Shown piece by piece: positions 60,696-64,000 of a stretch of DNA of 64,000 nt. Position 1 is the first letter of the stretch; each line of letters begins with the position of its first letter. The position numbers were made by a program, and so were the translations under genes. The notes under the pieces were generated by a model. That model did no database searches. It was not told the origin of the DNA and saw only the letters and a list, made by a program, of their open reading frames with translations. Source of the DNA: Chrysemys picta bellii (lineage: Eukaryota); contig NC_088803.1 of NCBI RefSeq assembly GCF_011386835.1, positions 29,946,001-30,010,000 of the forward strand. Reading direction: 5' to 3'.

Positions 60696-61646
60696 CTGCA
60701 AGTAATGATAGGCTAAGTCTTGCTGGCAGGACTTGGATTTCAGCAGGGCTTTGTCGATGGTGGCAGAGGCCTTTTGGCACACTTCCCGGGCATGGCTAAG
60801 GGTGAGCGTGGACCAGGAGCCCCGTTTGATGTAGTTGGACTCGTTGCTGATGGGGATATTGGCGCAGGGGGTGACCTTGAGGTCGTTATTGCTCTTGGAG
60901 GATTTCAGCATGTGCTCACTGATGGTGTTATATGCGTGCATGAAGTACCTAGGCTGGCTGTGGTCAGGTTGCCTGCCCAGGGTCATGAGGCCCATTGGAT
61001 TGCGATAGCTGCAGGTGTCGCTGTCTAAGTTGTCGTCCGAGCTCCACCAGCCTGATATGTTGGACCTGGGCCTGCGTTTGGTCTCGGTGGTCTTTGCCCG
61101 GTCTTTGCTTTTGCTCCTCCGGTTCTGCTTCGGGTCCTCTGTGCCCTTCTTGCCATTCACACTGCCCTTGGTGGGGCCCTCCAGGGACTGTGACTTGGCA
61201 AAGAGCTTCTGGACGGAGTGCACCAGGTGTCGGATGCGCCCGGGGCTCTCGCTCCGGTGCTTGGCGTCGCTCCTCTGGAACTGGAGGGTGCTGAAGCCGT
61301 CCCGGTGAATGGGCAGCTGCTTCTCAAATTGGTCCAAGAGGTTTGCGGGGAGGCGGTTGATCTTAGTGGCTTGGGCATGGCTTGGGAAGGGGTTCTCGTC
61401 CGGGACTTCGAAGTGGGAATTGTAATGGATACGGGGGAAAGTGCTGCTGTTGGAAATCTGGTTGTTGAGTGGGAGGAGACAGTCACTATGGAGGGAATTC
61501 TGGGCTGGAAACCGGGGGTCCACGGGGTAGGAGTCAGTGGGACTGAGGAGGTAAGGGTTCCTGTCTTGGGCGGCATAAAGAGAGTCTTGAGGGGAGTCCA
61601 GGTTATCGGAGAGGTGGCGGCTTCTGTTATCTCCTAACCCCTTCAT
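60696..61646 (-). CDS. DLGAP4: DLGAP4/SAPAP4 long isoform, first coding exon (317 codons, phase 0 end); the exon extends as 5'UTR to the acceptor at 61740
   Basis: Translation MKGLGDNRSRHLSD...INRLPANLLDQFEKQLPIHRDGFSTLQF...SPGRIRHLVHSVQKLF...SNISGWWSSDDNLD...YHYLQ matches DLGAP4 as I recall it (MKGLGDSRPRHLSD start). Donor CAG|GTGGGT at 60696/60695. Acceptor TCTTTCTTGTTTCTGTGGCTGCAG|G at 61741/61740. Confidence 0.97.
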
Positions 61647-64000
61647 GGTCCAGGGGTTTCCTACAGCATCACTTCACGGGTGACACTGAGGAGCCTTCTT
61701 GCTAGTTCTCTCTTTGGTCCCTCTCCCTCTGGAGATGATCCTGCAGCCACAGAAACAAGAAAGACGCACACATCACTGAAAGGAAAGCTCTCCCCAGGCT
61801 CTCTCTATCCCTCTAAGCATTTCCACCCTGCTCCTCCCCAAGGCATCCGAGCCAGTGCCTTGCAAGTTCTAAAAGCCAAGACAATGATGGTTATTACAGA
61901 GCTGAGAGAGTGAGGAGAGGAGGAGGAGAAAGGGATGATTAACATTCCCTAGCCATATTTAAGAGCCATGTGGACCCCAGAGCTCAAACTTAAACTCCTT
62001 AATACAAGCAGGCTGCTATTTTTTGGCCTCTCTGTGACTTCATTTAATAGCACTCGGTCACCAGCCAGCATAACAAGGCCTTAGCAGTTGGATTGTCAGC
62101 AAATCATGGGCATCTGTCCCATTATTTTAGGGGGCTGAATAAAAACCTGCTGTCAAATACTGTGCCCGGACCTTGCTGGAGTCAAGGGAAATGAGGAGCT
62201 GAGGATCAGATTGGCTCTCCGTCATGTGGCCATTTGTGTTTCCGTGATTACCGGACCTCTTAATGGGAACGATGGACCGGATGTGTGTGTTGCACAGAGC
62301 TATGGTAATGTGATGGGATGGCAAACGTCTCTTCTCGGACAAGTGCCCGGGTTTATGTTCATGTTATCCTGTACCCCTGAGGAAAATGCTGCAATACATA
62401 TGACCAGAGTGGTGGTTTTACTGAGACACTCATGGGCCTGGCCTGAGAAGTCTTTTGTTGCTCGGTCACAGCTCCAAGGTTGAGGTCCCCACTGCCAGGC
62501 GAGATCACAATTGCCTGGGCTGCTTTGCTTCAGGGACAGGGCTATAATTTGCCAGGTTTTCCTGGACACAAAGACCCTGTTACATTGGGAAACAGAATAA
62601 AAAATCCCAGCTGGTAATATGGGTGAGTAGCTGACGCACAGGCCTGGTAATCAGGAGCCATGGGTTCTGCACCCAGCCCTGCAACACACCCGCTGTGTGA
62701 CTTAAAATATCTAGCCTCATGCATGGGATCTCGAAAGTGAAACTGACTAAAAGTGGCATTGATTCAGTGGGCCGCAAATTATGAAATAATCATAGCAACT
62801 GACTAGCCGGTTTCCGTTGCCATGCTGAGAAAAAACTGCATTAATGCTGAAAAGCAAATGGGATTTTTTAATAATTGCTTCAATGCTAACACTCAAAGAT
62901 GGGATTTCTAACATAGCTAAAGATACTTGTTTATTTAAATATGTACTGTTAAAACAGCATCCTTGTACCCCAATCACCCCCCATTGCTCTCAGAAGAAAG
63001 ATCTTAAATCAGAGAGAAAGCACCGTACCTTATTCACCACCTGAGATCAAACTGATCTCTGGCCCCCATTTGAATCCATATGATTCCCACCCAGTGGCAG
63101 TCCAGCTGATCCTTTCCCAGAGGTAATCCTGCTGATCATCCCACCAGTGACTCCATTGGATCCCACTCCTTGGCAACTCCAGCTCACCCCCTTGGGAGAG
63201 CCAGTTGACCCCCCAGTACTGTAAATCCAGCTGCTCACCCTCCACTGTGACTATAGTTGATCCTTGTGGGTGAAGCCGATTGAACATCCCACACAGGCAG
63301 ATGATCTCACCTCATAGCAAAGATGGTTAAGCCTAGCCTATGGCAATGCCAGTCAATCCCACACACCATCAGCCTATTTTAGTGGGCAGGCAGGTGCATT
63401 TAATCATCATGTTTGGTGCATTTTGAGCCATAGATTAGAAGCAAACGACCAATTAAGACTTGTCCCTGCAGTGACAGTCACTTTAGCCCAGCCCTATAAC
63501 ACAGAGGGTTCTGACATTGCCTGGAGAGTTCACTTGAACCTCAATGGATCTGTCTTTCCAGGGAGCCTCATGTTCAGCCACGAGGGCTGACTGTGGGTGG
63601 GGGTGGAGAGAAGATGGGCGGTGCGGCTATAAGGAAAACATTCGATGAATGGCCAAGCGTCCATTCCTCTTTCCACTCAGGCACCTTTAAGGAATTGCTT
63701 GTGTCACTAATGAAAGATAACGTTACCTGTCTATTTTGCAAGCCTGGAGCCAGCCTGTCACCATATGCAGAGCTGCTTGAGCAGCAAGGGCGGTGCATTG
63801 ATGACAACCCAGGCACGGCTCGCAGAAATACAAAAGGTGACATTATCCTTTATTAGCATCCTTGGCTCCCACCAGCTTTCGTTTGGCTCCTTTTCCTTCC
63901 CCATCACATTGTTTTGCAGATTGGTGCGTCAGATGCCCCGGAGCATCTCAGCAGATGGGGACACTCTCCCATGTGCTGGAAGGGCAACGATAGACCCCGG

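Noticed and set aside
60720-61637. Plus-strand ORFs (97-139 aa) and an alternative-frame minus ORF
   Set aside because: They are shadows of the GC3-rich DLGAP4 exon 1.
60696-61646. Assignment to DLGAP1, DLGAP2 or DLGAP3
   Set aside because: The N-terminus MKGLGD.R.RHLSD, the QPRYFMHAYNTIS motif and the MALCLEL exon are DLGAP4-specific in my recall.

Overview
Vertebrate genomic DNA, almost certainly a cryptodiran turtle (inferred from a tortoise PolIII/Cry-type SINE, turtle-type CR1, PIF-Harbinger and hAT MITEs, and Penelope-like ends). The whole window lies inside DLGAP4 (SAPAP4) on the minus strand. Four coding exons of the long isoform are recovered with canonical GT-AG sites and matching phases: 61646-60696, 49520-49303, 43518-43404 and 35662-35416. 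The remaining exons lie beyond position 1. The long intron holds two CpG islands. One (about 19.7-20.6 kb) carries the short-isoform first exon MALCLELCKR. The other (about 8.2-8.6 kb) carries a candidate 111-nt frame-preserving exon or first exon, next to a G-rich minisatellite. A further candidate in-frame first exon lies at about 52.8-53.0 kb. Other notable items: a 167-bp near-perfect palindrome built from a Penelope-like end with hammerhead-ribozyme-like cores, a second hammerhead-like core at 47.25 kb, two LF-SINEs and two AmnSINE1-like relics, a decayed Harbinger transposase, a MITE with an unusual 7-bp TSD, and an unexplained 314-codon intronic ORF. I see no prokaryotic system, CRISPR array or genuine tRNA/rRNA gene. 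Family and orthologue names come from my recall of sequences, not from database searches.
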